This document shows, piece after piece, positions 41,744 through 62,577 of a stretch of DNA of 64,000 bases. The translations under genes and the position numbers were made by a program. The stretch's first letter is position 1. Each line of letters begins with the position of its first letter. The notes beneath the pieces are model-generated. The model searched no databases. It saw nothing but the letters and a program-made list of their open reading frames with translations, and was not told where the DNA came from. Source of the DNA: Balanoglossus misakiensis (lineage: Eukaryota; Animalia; Hemichordata); NCBI GenBank assembly GCA_040954595.2, contig CM082583.2:1188925-1252924 (forward strand), given 5' to 3'.

Positions 41744-43025
41744 ACAACACGACACTACATGCTGGTGCCATCCAATGTTATCCATAGGCAGCAACAATGC
41801 ACACAATATGACACGACACGACACTACATGCTGGTGCCATCCCATGTTATCCATAGGCAGCAACCATGCACACAATATGACACAACACTACATGCTGGTG
41901 CCATCCCATGTTATCCATAGGCAGCAACCATGCACACAATATGACACGACACGACACTACATGCTGGTGCCATCCCATGTTATCCATAGGCAGCAACCAT
42001 GCACACAATATGACACGACACAACACTACATGCTGGTGCCATCCCATGTTATCCATAGGCAGCAACCATGCACACAATATGACACGACACTACATGCTGG
42101 TGCCATCCAATGTTATCCATAGGCAGCAACCATGCACACAATATGACACAACACTACATGCTGGTGCCATCCAATGTTATCCATAGGCAGCAACCATGCA
42201 CACAATATGACACAACACGACACTACATGCTGGTGCCATCCAATGTTATCCATAGGCAGCAACCATGCACACAATATGACACAACACGACACTACATGCT
42301 GGTGCCATCCAATGTTATCCATAGGCAGCAACCATGCACACAATATGACACGACACGACACTACATGCTGGTGCCATCCAATGTTATCCATAGGCAGCAA
42401 CCATGCACACAATATGACACGACACGACACTACATGCTGGTGCCATCCCATGTTATCCATAGGCAGCAACCATGCACACAATATGACACAACACTACATG
42501 CTGGTGCCATCCCATGTTATCCATAGGCAGCAACCATGCACACAATATGACACGACACGACACTACATGCTGGTGCCATCCAATGTTATCCATAGCCTAG
42601 GCAGCAACCATGCACACAATATGACACAACACGACACTACATGCTGGTGCCATCCCATGTTATCCATAGGCAGCAACCATGCACACAATATGACACGACA
42701 CGACACTACATGCTGGTGCCATCCCATGTTATCCATAGGCAGCAACCATGCACACAATATGACACGACACGACACTACATGCTGGTGCCATCCCATGTTA
42801 TCCATAGGCAGCAACCATGCACACAATATGACACAACACGACACTACATGCTGGTGCCATCCCATGTTATCCATAGGCAGCAACCATGCACACAATATGA
42901 CACAACACTACATGCTGGTGCCATCCAATGTTATCCATAGGCAGCAACCATGCACACAATATGACACAACACGACACTACATGCTGGTGCCATCCCATGT
43001 TATCCATAGGCAGCAACCATGCACA
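41744..43025. repeat. 64/69-bp minisatellite, ~19 copies
   Basis: Unit ACACTACATGCTGGTGCCATCCCATGTTATCCATAGGCAGCAACCATGCACACAATATGACAC.. with an optional 5-bp ACACG. Confidence 0.95.
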
Positions 43026-46000
43026 TGACATGACATGACACAACATGACATGTAAACAATCATGAGACTGACACAATAAATACAATGGGACACTTTTTAT
43101 AAACAGGAATCTGACCACTGGTACCTTCTTATTTATAACATTTTGCAAACATTTTCTATTTTGACTAAATGCCAAGCCTTTTGACAATATTCACAGAATC
43201 TACTTCAAATAATGTAGAGTAAATTAATAATGTGTTTCATCAGTAACAAAACATAAAAACGATTGGTTGCCTACACTGATGGATTAATAGTACCCTGAAA
43301 GCCCATGAGATGCAACTCGATAAAATATTTAAAACTTCAGACAAATTGCCCTAAAAAAATAAAAGAAGTCTCAGCAGTCAAAAATGCCCACAATTAAAAA
43401 AAGAGCTAAATATTGCTATATGAATATATAAAGTCGCAGTAGAGTACTTTAACTTCCGTGTGTTCTAGTTTATTAGACAATGCTTTATTCGTGAGGTTTT
43501 TTAAAAGTGGGAAATGCAACATTTTCATTAGATTTTAGATTTTCCCATGGTGGCGGCAAAGCTCTATTATTTATCTGATTAAAACTTCCACATTGTCTAC
43601 CAGTACAGTTTGAAAATAAATTTAAGGACAATTTTCCCAGAGTTGCATCTCATGGGGCTAGAGAAGACATGAACTGCAAAACCAAGCCTACAGAAAACAC
43701 AGGCAGGGGATGAGGGGAAAGTATTTGATTTCTGGGGAAGATGGGTGGATGGAGAATTTGTATGGGGGGGGGAGAGAATTTAGGCAGATGGTGTGGAAGA
43801 ATAGAAAAGAAATATTCTGGCATCTGCAATCATGAGTAAAATGTGGGCTGGCAGTCAAAAATCAATGCTGTCACTGCAAACTGTAAGTGCCTGAAAAAAA
43901 ATTGCTTTCATACCCAAATACTCCCCTCCACACACATACATGTTGTACACCCAGAAATCAAATGGACTTTTACCCAATGCTCTTATCATGGAATAATCTT
44001 ACCTTGACCTTTTCAATGAAGTTGAAGATGGCTTTCTTTTCCTTGAATCGAAAATCAGACATGATGTTACAGATATCAGTCCACTGCAAACCAATAAAGT
44101 CAGATCCATCAATAGTTTCACCTACAGGAAAGTAAAGTGAAATAAGGTACAAGTTAACTGTCAAAGGTCAAAGTTACAATGATGATGTTGATGTGTTTTG
44201 TTATTATATAGGATAAATGAATTATGCGAATTTGAAATAGACACCAGAGGCAAAACCCTGTGTATGTGTTAGATATGGACATTTGTTGAAAACGATAAAG
44301 ATGTACAAGACTGGATGCATCAAACTTGCAGCTGCACTTAAAGTATTTCCAATCAATTTCTTTGCACAAGAAATGCCTCTCCCAGGCCTCAATTTTTGGC
44401 GGGCCTGTAGCGAGGGAGGTGGGGTGGGTCATCAACTCAGATTTTGATAGATTAGCCTCGGAACTGCAAAATACATACATTTAATAAAAATATTTTGCAC
44501 CGTTTCACTTGCAATATTAATACTTTTATAAATAAAGTGTAATGACACGTAGCCCTGGCAGTGTACACGTAAGAGTGTTTTCGACGTACATGTACATGAT
44601 ATGTACATGTAGTACACGGCCTCTGGCGTGCCCGCGTGTAATATGGCGAGACTGTCTATGCATGAATCTACACGATTTCAAGTGACGTTGAGAAAAACAA
44701 ATATCTGTACGGATTTGTCGAAAAGATCCATCGTACGTATTTCGTCTTCTAAATATGCGGTAGCCCAGTGAGTTTCAGATTTTCTGCATGGAGTTCAATC
44801 ACCGCTGGGCCCCACTCGCAAACGACACACAACCGAGTTTGAGACTGTTTGAGACTTCTTTAATCCTCCTCATTCCCATAATATTCAGAAAAATGACGCG
44901 GGAAGCTTTTTTGTTAAGAAACAACATGGACTACGTAAGAGAGCGAGCAGTAACAAATATATGAACATAGAAATAGCTATACATTGTACTTACGTTCAAA
45001 GACGTCCACCACTGATGAAGGAAAATTGTTCTCTCTCAGATGCTCCATTAGCTGTTCGCAAGACATCATTTCTACATGCACGTTGCTCGATGCCAAATCC
45101 ATGGTCTTTCGTGGATGTACTCGTAACGAGTGTTAAAAATGAATCGCGATATATATACGAAGGAAACTTAAACGATAACTAATGAACTCCCCTGCATTTA
45201 ACCTGACTATGCATCACAACGTGCAACCAACGTTTCTCGGTGACGTAACGATTGCGAAATATGAAAGAATGGCGCGAACAAAAGGGTCAAAGGTTGTTGT
45301 TAAGGGTGATTCGCGCGCGGTGAACTGAGCGCTGTTTTTGTACGCGCGCGTTGAATTTATGTCTTACTATACTATTTTCACCAATAGAAAATGCTGACTC
45401 GGCGTTTTTTTTTATTATCGACTATACATGGTCTTGATTTGCTTATGTTTTAATGCGGGGTTTTATTATAAAAGTAAATTTAAATACCATTGGTTAATTA
45501 ATTGAAAGAGATGACATGACAGCACTTGCAATCTTAACGACCATGCATACATCAAGACTTTACTGAAGGCGCGGTGGGGACAGCAGGGTTCCGTGAGCCA
45601 GCCAATCAGTTGCTTTTCCCAAAAGCCGCCGGAGGGAAATTTAAAAGTTTCCCGGGAATTTTCATTCCTGATTTGGCTTACACCAGTGCAGCAGGCAAAC
45701 GGCCGGGGACTAGAGAAAATACTATATCAAAAGTATCGACTGAGAGGTAAGTTGCATTTAGCAATCAGCAGTCCTATCTGCTTGCAATCGCGGCCGTTCA
45801 CTTCTTAGTTGAAAAATAAAATTGTATGACAATTCTTTCAGAGAAATGCATGGATTATCGGGAAACGCGATCGGACAAGCTTTAGTGTTTAGCTCGAGAC
45901 AACATCATAAAAAAAACGATTGCAGTTGTTCCATTCCATGTATATAAAAATACTATAATGTTGTGTATAACCACGGATAAAAATCCAACTGACCAAATTA

Positions 46001-46442
46001 TTCCTCCATGTGTGAGCAATTATATTTCATGATTGTCTATATTTACTATTATAAAATTCGTTATCATTTTGGAACAAGGCATGGGCCGGTTTCTGGCAAA
46101 TGTGTGCTTCCGTGACCGTAACTGATTTAACCCGGCCCCGCCGACTCAATGAACGACTGAAATTAAGGCTCAATATGCACTCCTCATCAGTTATGTCTTT
46201 TGCGGCTATAGTACGAGAAAGTAAACAATCTTACGTAATCCGTAATCTGTCATAGTGTAAGTAGGAAGACCATCGTGTCTCAATATATTTGCTTGCCAAG
46301 GACTATTTTCGCCTTGAAAATATACATGTAAACTGTTATCAAAGTCCAATTTCTAAAGCATGTATTTTCCATACCTAGCTTTGCAAACTGTACGCACGCG
46401 GCAACACCGACATTTATGTTTTCTCCTCCAGATTAAAGCAAC

Positions 46443-49400
46443 ATGCCAAATTTCAGATGCCCCTTCTGCACTGTATTTATTACGGTCATAATGGGTGCAC
46501 TTCTAGTTCATCTGAGACAGATGCACAGCTTCGAAAGGAGTTACGTGTGTATCCAAGGAGAATGTCCTAGAACTTTTTCCAACACAAGAGCTTTGGACCG
46601 GCATGTCTATAGGGACCACGGGGATGAATTGTGTGATAATACACCTCCACAAATCGATAATAACGAGGTAAGATAATTAGTAATTTAATGTAATCTCACA
46701 TAACGGAAATGACTGAACCACGTCTAAACATTAACGTCGTCAGCATTACCGTGTGACGGTTTGAATAGGCCTATATGAAATTTAACCATTTACCAATTTA
46801 TCGGCTGACATATACACACATTTGGCCTGTGAATGCAACTAAAACATTGCTAAAATGTCTTTATTCATCAAAACAGGTATCGGATATGAATTTAATCTGC
46901 ATACCAGATCGGTCTGGTATTACCACCACAAATGAAAGCAGTTTCAGAAACCACTGAGTCTGTTGTGTGACAAATGTGTGAGAGGACCGGATTTTCTAGA
47001 AAAGTGGTCAATTGTCTCCGAAGTATTATGTAAGCTTAGCAATGCAATTATAGCGCTTACTCAATGTGAATGTAATGTAGTTATGATTTTCAAGTAAATC
47101 TTTATCCATCCCGTTTTATGCAGATTGATGGTGACATTCAGTATCACCACGAAGAACAGGTTCATGACCATAGAGTTATTGAATACGAGCCTGTGCGAGG
47201 GCAAGGTGAACAAGAAGGTGTACCAGATATTCTTGGTGTGCAAGGTTAGGAAAATTATGATGGGGCAACAAGTTCTATTACTGTAATGATCTTTAGATGC
47301 ATACTATAATGCCATGAAGTATACACAACAATGATGCACCTTTCTGTTCATTTCAGATCGGATTGATAATGATGGAGATAAACGGATGGTGGCAGCCTTC
47401 TTGTTGGAATCAAAGACAGATAATAAATTGACACAAGTACGATATGTCGCTCTTAATATTTATGATATAAGTTTAGTTAGTGAGGTTTTAAGATCATCAC
47501 GTTCTGTCGTTCAGTTGTGCGGGAACTGAATGAGCATGTGGAATGTTATGAACACGAATGCATTAGGTGATAACCCACATTTGCACATAAACCACATACA
47601 ATGTAATATAAAGATACATTTAATTTTGTGCATCCACAAATTATTCATTCTCATACTTAAGCTTGAATTTGACATTTTCTTTGATAGGTTGCCGTCAACA
47701 ACATCCTTAGCAATGTTCAGAGTCTTATTGAAAAAACAACGAACAATATGAAGAGGTCCCTCAAGCGAAAATTCCAAGAAGCTGGTTTTAACATGGACGA
47801 TGCGGTACCCGGATGGGACGAAGATTTTGACCATGTGTTAGAGTCATTTGTCGGTTTTGAAAAGGAAACAGGGCAACGAGATTTCTTTAAGCAAGAATTT
47901 GGATTAGTGGTAAGCAGAAGATTTCTGATTCGATTGACAGACACGCTATACCAGACAAATTTGATTGACTTAAGCTACCATGGATTAGGCCTATCTCAGC
48001 AAAACATATTATGAAACGAAATATGTGAATATCGAAGTCAGTGTAGTAATACACGACATGAGAGGTCAAGTCAGTTAGGTTCACCGATGTTTACTTTATC
48101 AACTTAATCCATGAATGGGGTACACACAAAGTCAATATTGCTTAATGGTAAACAGGAGCTTGTAATCTTGATTAGCAACTGATAAGACAGGACGTGTAGT
48201 ATACAGTGTTGAAAAGAAAAGTACAGAGATTGTTCAGCAATAAATGATTTATTTTGTCAAATTAAGAACTTCCCCGTAGTATCCATATGATGTGACAAGT
48301 TTCACAGCCTTTGTCAGTTTCGTGATGTACCCTTTTTATCAGGAACCCCAAGAGGTAGTGTTGGGAACAAGTGTCGGTTTTGTTGGAATCGGACCAAAAC
48401 GCCGAATATCAGAAATTAAGGCAAAGTGTTACATTGTACCATTTTTGGACAATTTGACAGCCCTTCTGAAAAACGACCAATACAGAACCAAGATGTTAGA
48501 GACACATGTTTCTCCAAATGAACAACTTTTGGATGTCTGTGATGGGCGCTTCTTGAAAGACCACGCCGATATATTTGATGCAAACAGACAGCTTGGGCTT
48601 CAAATTTTTCTATACTACGATGACATCGAAATTTGTAACCCATTGGGCAGTAAAGTGAAAACGCACAAACTTGGCATGATATACTATACGTTTGGTAACC
48701 TTCATCCCAAGTACAGATCAAAAGCAAGCTCGATTCATCTGTATGCTGTATTTAGAGTGAGTGACTTGGCAGTATTTTCGATTGATGACGTCATTAAGCC
48801 ACTATTACGAGATATACATACTCTTAATAACGAAGGGTACACTGTCAACCTGGATGGTGGGGAACAGTTGTTGTGTAGAGGATTTGTTGTTGCTTGTGTC
48901 GCTGATACGCTGGCCTCACATTTGTTAGGGGGTTTCAAGGAAGGTGTTGGATTTTCATTGAGAAAGTGCAGGAACTGTATGGTTGACGAAAACAGCATAC
49001 AAGACACCTTTGTTGAACGAGACTGTCAGTTACGAGACCGTAATATGCATGACAATCAATGTACAGTCATAGAAAACTCCCCAACACAGGACTTGAAAAC
49101 TCACCATTCAACAAATTATGGTGTCACTCGTAGAAGTGTACTGTGTGATCTACCGAATTTCTCGGTTTGTGAAAATTTGCCCCAAGATGTCATGCATGTT
49201 CTTCTTGAAGGTTGTCTTCCACACTATCTGAAGCTGATGCTAAATTCATTTATATATGAAGAACAAATGTTTAGTCTTAAAGATCTGAACTCAAAAATTA
49301 GTAATTTTAACTATGAATATATGGACAAGAGAAATCGACCCAGTGTTATTAAAGATCAACACATAAAAGACGGTGGGTTACGCCAAAGTGCAGTGCAAAT

Positions 49401-50256
49401 GTGGACTCTAGCACGTATCCTGCCCATTTGCATGGCTGATATAATTGATTTCGAAAACGAAATTTGGCAATGTTATTTATTACTACTACAGATTACAGCA
49501 ATAGTCATGTCGCCAGTCATTACTCCACAGAAGATTGACACATTAACATTATTGATATTCCACCATTTACAGATGTATAAGAGGTTGTTCAATGAAAATA
49601 TTATTCCAAAGCAGCATTATATGTTGCACATTCCACGTCAAATTCTAACATTTGGTCCGCCAGTTAGACTATTGTGCATGCGATTTGAAGCAAAGCACAA
49701 CTTCTTCAAATCACTTTCACCAATTGCCAATTTTAAGAATATCGCAAAGTACATGTCCACCAGACATCAACTAAAGCAAGCCAGAGATTTAATGAATCCT
49801 CATTCTCACCCTTCTTTCCAATGTGATTTTAAATGTGGCCCTTGCCAACCGCATAGAAATCAAGAATATGCAAAAGATCAAATGCGTCGTCTCTTGAATA
49901 TTAACACAGAAGACCAAACTGTCTATGTGGCATCATGGGTCAAATGTAACGGCTTCGAATTCAAGATTAATAGGTGTTGTGTTCTATTTAAATCTGAGGG
50001 TGACTTTTTATTTGGAATAGTCAAGGCTATATGGATAGTTAATGGGCCCCGCCAAAGTACATATTTTAGGATACAAACTTTAGAAACTATTGAAATTGAC
50101 GATAACATCATGGCTTACATTGTAGACATACCCCCTCTTGCAGGTGGTTATGACATAGTAAGAAATGACGACCTTGTATTACCTGAGCCCTTTCCATTGT
50201 ACGAAGTAAGCGGGCGCAAGTGCATTCCTATCAAATATGATGTTGTTGATAATTAA
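46443..50256 (+). CDS. EnSpm/CACTA transposase with N-terminal C2H2 zinc fingers, ~853 aa, 5 coding exons, apparently intact
   Basis: Phase-consistent exons 46443-46667, 47124-47244, 47357-47436, 47688-47909 and 48343-50256. Motifs LYYDDIEICNPLGS..HKLG, ADTLASH..GGF, CRNC, DVMHVLLEG, PKQHYMLH and MRFEAKH. A probable 5' UTR intron spans 45747-46431. Confidence 0.9.
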
Positions 50257-50972
50257 ATGTGTATTTTGGAATGACAATTAATACCTGATGACGCAAACAC
50301 TTTTCGCAAATTTTGTTTTTGATAATTTTGTGATTCATTTTACAATAATGTAATTATCCTTTTTTGTGTTCTCAGATTCACTTCAACCTATATGATATTC
50401 TGACGTGACACAAGTTATGATTAGAGTAGATCATATTTATGATACTTTTATTTCGTTAATAAACAACCCGTTTCTATTACATAGTCTTTATTATTTAAAT
50501 ATATATAAAAAATGCAATTCATGCAACACGATGTGCACAAACAAATAAGTAAAGATATGCATGGGCATGCATGGCGTGAAAATGTGCCACATATAACGCG
50601 CGCCGTTTTTCTGGCGTGTTTTCAAGCCATAGTTACATCTTGCATGGCTGGAAAAACAACCACAAATGTCAATGGCTTGTATTAGAGCCGTTGTTTAAAA
50701 TGGTACAAATTCACGCCAGGTTTAATAATCTCGTCAGTTTGTCAGCAAACCAGGGATTCAAAAAAGTGGCATGATTATAAGCCATTTTAGTAACGTAGTG
50801 TGGTGGTGTGTATACGAACCATGTATACTAACATGACTGGCTTGCTGGCACACAACAGAAAATTCAATGGCTTGTGGATATACCGAAGTTTCGGCAAGTA
50901 TGACGAGGTGGCTTGTCAGCAAACCCGAATGGCTTGAGTACAAACCGGCTTGTTTTTGCAGAATTTGCAGTG

Positions 50973-53900
50973 CAGGCCGTAGGAGATCTGACTTGATCAT
51001 CGTGGTCAATGTACGCGTGTTTCCGCTCTAAAGTGCCGGGGCTTCAGCTAAACCATGCCGTAGGAAATCCGGCGTAATCACCGTTGATAACTCACGCCAG
51101 TCTGTGTCATATAGAGCCGGTGCACCAGCCGAGTCACGCCGTAGGAAATCTGACTTGATCAACGTGGTCAATGTACGCCTGTTTCTACTCTAGAGTGCCG
51201 GGGCTTCAGCTGAGCCAGGCCGTAGGAAACCCGACGTGATTACCGTTGTTAACTTACGCCAGTCTGTGTCCTATATATAGTGCCGGGGCATCAGCCATGC
51301 CAGGCCGAAGGAAATGTGAGTAGATCAACGTGGTCTCTGTACGCGTGTTTCTGCTCTAGAGTGCCGGGGCTTTATCCAAGCCATGCCGTAGAAAATCTGA
51401 CTTGATCACCGTTGCTAACGTACGATAGTGTCTGTCATATTGTGACGGAGATTTAGCCGAGCCAGGCCGTAGAAAAATCGACTTGTTCAACGTTACCAGT
51501 GTGCAACTGTTTCTGCTCTAAAGTCTCAGGGTTTTAGCCGACTTATGCTGTAGGAAATCTGAGTTGATGAACGGGAATTCAATGTTAGAAAACCCGTGTG
51601 GAAAGTATCTCTACCCATTTGAAACTAAGAAAAGAATTAATTCTTATTTATTTTGTAAAAAAGACAATTTTTCGAAAAAAAAGTCGAAAATGGTAATTTT
51701 GTCTTGGGTGATTCAAATTATACCGCCTTTTCTGGAATTTGCAGCACTTTTTACAAGAGAACGACACTTCATGCTCCATAATATTTCCGAAAATGAAGAA
51801 AAGAGTTAATTTTTTATGATTTTTTAAAAATTTACCATTTTTGTCAAAATATGGCCAAAATGGCTATTTTTTCTTGAATTCCGTTAATATCTCTGCATTT
51901 TTGGAGTGGTCGAAAGTTTTAACATACAATCAACATGTCATATATGATCAGGGCACCAAATTCGAAGATAAAAGGTTTTTTTATTTTTTTTTTTCTAAAA
52001 ATGACATTTTCAAGGAAAATTTTGTAAAACGCAATTTTGTCTGCAGTGAGCCAAATTAGACGGTCTTTTGTGGAATTTGTATCGATATATACATACGAAG
52101 AGCATTCTATACTCCATCAGATTTCCGAAAATGTAGAAAACAGGTATTTTTTGTAATTTTCAAAAATTTACCATTTTGACCAAATTGTGGCTAAAATTGT
52201 TATTTTCGTGTTGAATGCCGCCAGTGTCACTGCTTTTAAAAGTCATAAAAACTTTTAACATACAAGCAATTGTTTATATATGATCAGGTCACCGAATTAA
52301 AAAAATAAAGAATGTTTTGCCTAAAAATGACCTTTTTGGTGCAAAAACGAATAAAACGCAATTTTGCATTAAATCAGCTCATTCAGAGTGCATTTTTATA
52401 ATCAGCACCATTTTTACATATAATGGAAATGTCATACATCATCAGATATCCAAATATGAAAAGATGATTTACATTTTAGATGATTGTCCAAAATTAGCTG
52501 ATATCTGATAAATGTAGTATTTAACCGTTCTGTTCCCCCCCCCCCCCCCTACATTATATGCGGTACGCTGATGTCAGCTTACCCGGCAGTACTGCAGGCC
52601 GTGCCCCAACTAACGTCGGTGTTTAAAACGCCCTGGTTAAATTCGGGCTTTCTCTATAAATTGACAGGCAATAATGCAGTCCTACCGGAACAAATGTCGA
52701 GTGTTGACCCGCTGTGACTTTCCCTGTTCGGTTTGCCCGACTTAGCCAACGTCTTTGTACTAGAGTGTCGGGTCTTTTGCAGAGCCAGGCCGAAGGAAAT
52801 CCGACTTGATCACCGTTGCTAACGAACGCTAGTGTCTGTCATGGTGTGCCGGGGTTTTAGTCGAGCCAGGCCGTAGGAGATCTGACTTGATCATCGTGGT
52901 CAATGTACGCGAGTTTCCGCTCTAAAGTGCCGGGGCTTCAGCTAAACCAGGCCGTAAGAAATCCGACGTAATCACCGTTGATAACTTACGCCAGTCTGTG
53001 TCATATAGAGCCGGTGCACCAGCCGAGTCACGCCGTAGGAAATCTGACTTGATCAACGTGGTCAATGTACGCCTGTTTCTGCTCTAGAGCGCCGGGGCTT
53101 CAGCTGAGCCAGGCCGTAGGAAACCCGACGTGATTACCGTTGTTAACTTACGCCAGTCTGTGTCCTATATATAGTGCCGGGGCATCAGCCGTGCCAGGCC
53201 GAAGGAAATGTGAGTAGATCAACGTGGTCTCTGTACGCGTGTTTCTGCTCTAGTGCCGGGGCTTTATCCAAGCCATGCCGTAGAAAATCTGACTTGATCA
53301 CCGTTGCTAACGTACGATAGTGTCTGTCATATTGTGACGGAGATTTAGCCGAGCCAGGCCGTAGAAAAATCGACTTGTTCAACGTTACCAGTGTGCAACT
53401 GTTTCTGCTCTAAAGTCTCAGGGTTTTAGCCGACTTATGCTGTAGGAAATCTGAGTTGATGAACGGGAATTCAATGTTAGAAAACCCGTGTGGAAAGTAT
53501 CTCTACCTGTTTGAAACTAAGAAAAGAATTTATTCTTATTTATTTTGTAAAAAAACAATATTTCGAAAAAAAGTCGAAAATGGTAATTTTGTCTTGGGTG
53601 ATTCAAATTATACCGCCTTTTCTGGAATTTGCAGCACTTTTTACAAGAGAACGACACTTCATGCTCCATAATATTTCCGAAAATGAAGAAAAGAGTTAAT
53701 TTGTTATGATTTTTTAAAAATTTACCATTTTTGTCAAAATATGGCCAAAATGGCTATTTTTTCTTGAATTCCGTCAATATCCCTGCATTTTTGGAGTGGT
53801 CGAAAGTTTTAACATACAATCAACATGTCATATATGATCAGGGCACCAAATTCGAAGATAAAAGGTTTTTTAATTTTTTTTTTCTAAAAATGACATTTTC

Positions 53901-54724
53901 AAGGAAAATTTTGTAAAACGCAATTTTGTCTGCAGTGAGCCAAATTAGACGGTCTTTTGTGGAATTTGTATCGATATATACATACGAAGAGCATTCTATA
54001 CTCCATCAGATTTCCGAAAATGTAGAAAACAGGTATTTTTTGTAATTTTCAAAAATTTACCATTTTGACCAAATTGTGGCTAAAATTGTTATTTTCGTGT
54101 TGAATGGCGCCAGTGTCACTGCTTTTAAAAGTCATAAAAACTTTTAACATACAAGCAATTGTTTATATATGATCAGGTCACCGAATTAAAAAAATAAAGA
54201 ATATTTTGCCTAAAAATGACCTTTTTGGTGCAAAAACGAATAAAACGCAATTTTGCATTAAATCAGCTCATTCAGAGTGCATTTTTATAATCAGCACCAT
54301 TTTTACATATAATGGAAATGTCATACATCATCAGATATCCAAATATGAAAAGATGATTTACATTTTAGATGATTGTCCAAAATTAGCTGATATCTGATAA
54401 ATGTAGTATTTAACCGTTCTGTTCCCCCCCCCCCTACATTATATGCGGTACGCTGATGTCAGCTTACCCGGCAGTACTGCAGGCCGTGCCCCAACTAACG
54501 TCGGTGTTTGAAACGCCCTGGTTAAATTCGGGCTTTCTCTATAAATTGACAGGCAATAATGCAGTCCTACCGGAACAAATGTCGAGTGTTGACCCGCTGT
54601 GACTTTCCCTGTTCGGTTTGCCCGACTTAGCCAACGTCTTTGTACTAGAGTGTCGGGTCTTTTGCAGAGCCAGGCCGAAGGAAATCCGACTTGATTACCG
54701 TTGCTAACGAACGCTAGTGTCTGT
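50973..54724. repeat. ~2-kb macrosatellite array, right part (~2 units)
   Basis: Resumes exactly where the array was interrupted at 28203. AT blocks at ~51563 and ~53455. Confidence 0.95.
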
Positions 54725-54926
54725 TATGGAAAGCCGTTGGGGACCCCCGACAACTTCTCTCAATACATGGGTAAAGTCCATAGACAAACGATAGGAACGC
54801 ATATGCTGAAAATATGACGCACATTGGGTGCCGACGCCGTAATCTAAAATGCCGGTAACAACCAAATTTTTGCCGACACCTTTACTCCATCTACCGGCGC
54901 CGACAAAATCACAACCGGTGATTTGA

Positions 54927-55300
54927 TGAGTTGTCGCATCGGCGTTTCTACAGAGTTGTCGCATCGGCGTTTCTACAGAGTTGTCGCATCGGCGTTTCTG
55001 GAGAGTTGTCGCATCGGCGTTTCAGCTAGAGAGTTGTCGCATCGGCGTTTCTGGAGAGTTTTGTCGCATCCGCGTTTCTGGAGAGTTTTGTCGCACCGGC
55101 ATTTCTACACATGCGCATCGGCGTTTCAGCTAGAGTTTTCTCGCATCGGCGTTTCTGGAGAGTTTTGTCGCACCGGCATTCTACACATGCGCATTGGCGT
55201 TTCAGCTAAAGAGTTTTCCCGCATCGGCGTTTCTGGAGAGTTTTGTCGCACCGGCATTCTACACATGCGCATTGGCGTTTCAGCTAAAGAGTTGTCGGCG
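54927..55300. repeat. Subterminal ~24-bp repeats GAGTTGTCGCATCGGCGTTTC
   Basis: Directly visible, with higher-order variants. Confidence 0.9.
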
Positions 55301-55587
55301 ATTTTGGACAGCGGCTTTTTCTTCTCGGTCTCCTCTTTAGTTAAGGTTTTGTAGTCAAAGAGTAAATCACAAGGCAAAATCTCGAGATGCTGAACTGCTG
55401 CTAGGTCTCCCATGCATTTGTTAGAACACTGAGCTAAAAGTCTTTCAACGTTATAGGCTTAGATATTTTAAATAAATTATTGTTATTAGCAAATTATAAT
55501 TTTTACGTTTGTTATCATATGGTCAACCGATGTTCGTACAGAGCATGCGCATAAGATCAACATGCTACTCCAAGGCAACTGTTGCTG

Positions 55588-62571
<6,984 letters not shown>

Positions 62572-62577
62572 GTCAGT

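Larger units (their letters stand above)
32993..45102 (-). pseudogene. Second gene of the CACTA element: N-terminal SAM domain and SAMD3-like C-terminal domain, disrupted
   Basis: Exons 45102-44994, 44121-44003, 40714-39325 (1-nt frameshift in an A9 run at 40538-40546; GC donor), 38859-38718, 37960-37875, and a last exon split into 37513-37468 + 33258-32993. The N-terminus MSCEQLMEHLRENNF..VFERETIDGSDFIGL is SAM-like. The C-terminus reads ALLAYLGVHFVCNFDY..CVFLE. Confidence 0.75.
28204..50972 (+). mobile_element. Complete CACTA/EnSpm DNA transposon, 22,769 bp
   Basis: Perfect 13-bp TIR CACTGCAAATTCT at both ends and a 2-bp TSD CA. Removing the element restores the satellite sequence GTCGAGCCAGGCCGTAGG. 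GGCTTG/CAAGCC subterminal repeats occur at both ends. It encodes an EnSpm transposase. Confidence 0.93.

Noticed and set aside
41775-43187. His/Cys-rich repetitive ORFs
   Set aside because: Translations of the 64/69-bp minisatellite; the 64-bp units shift the frame.
14263-54397. Recurrent short ORFs in the satellite (MMNGNSMLENPCGK..., MSKYGQNGYFF...)
   Set aside because: Frames shift between units at homopolymers; no recognisable domain or splice structure.
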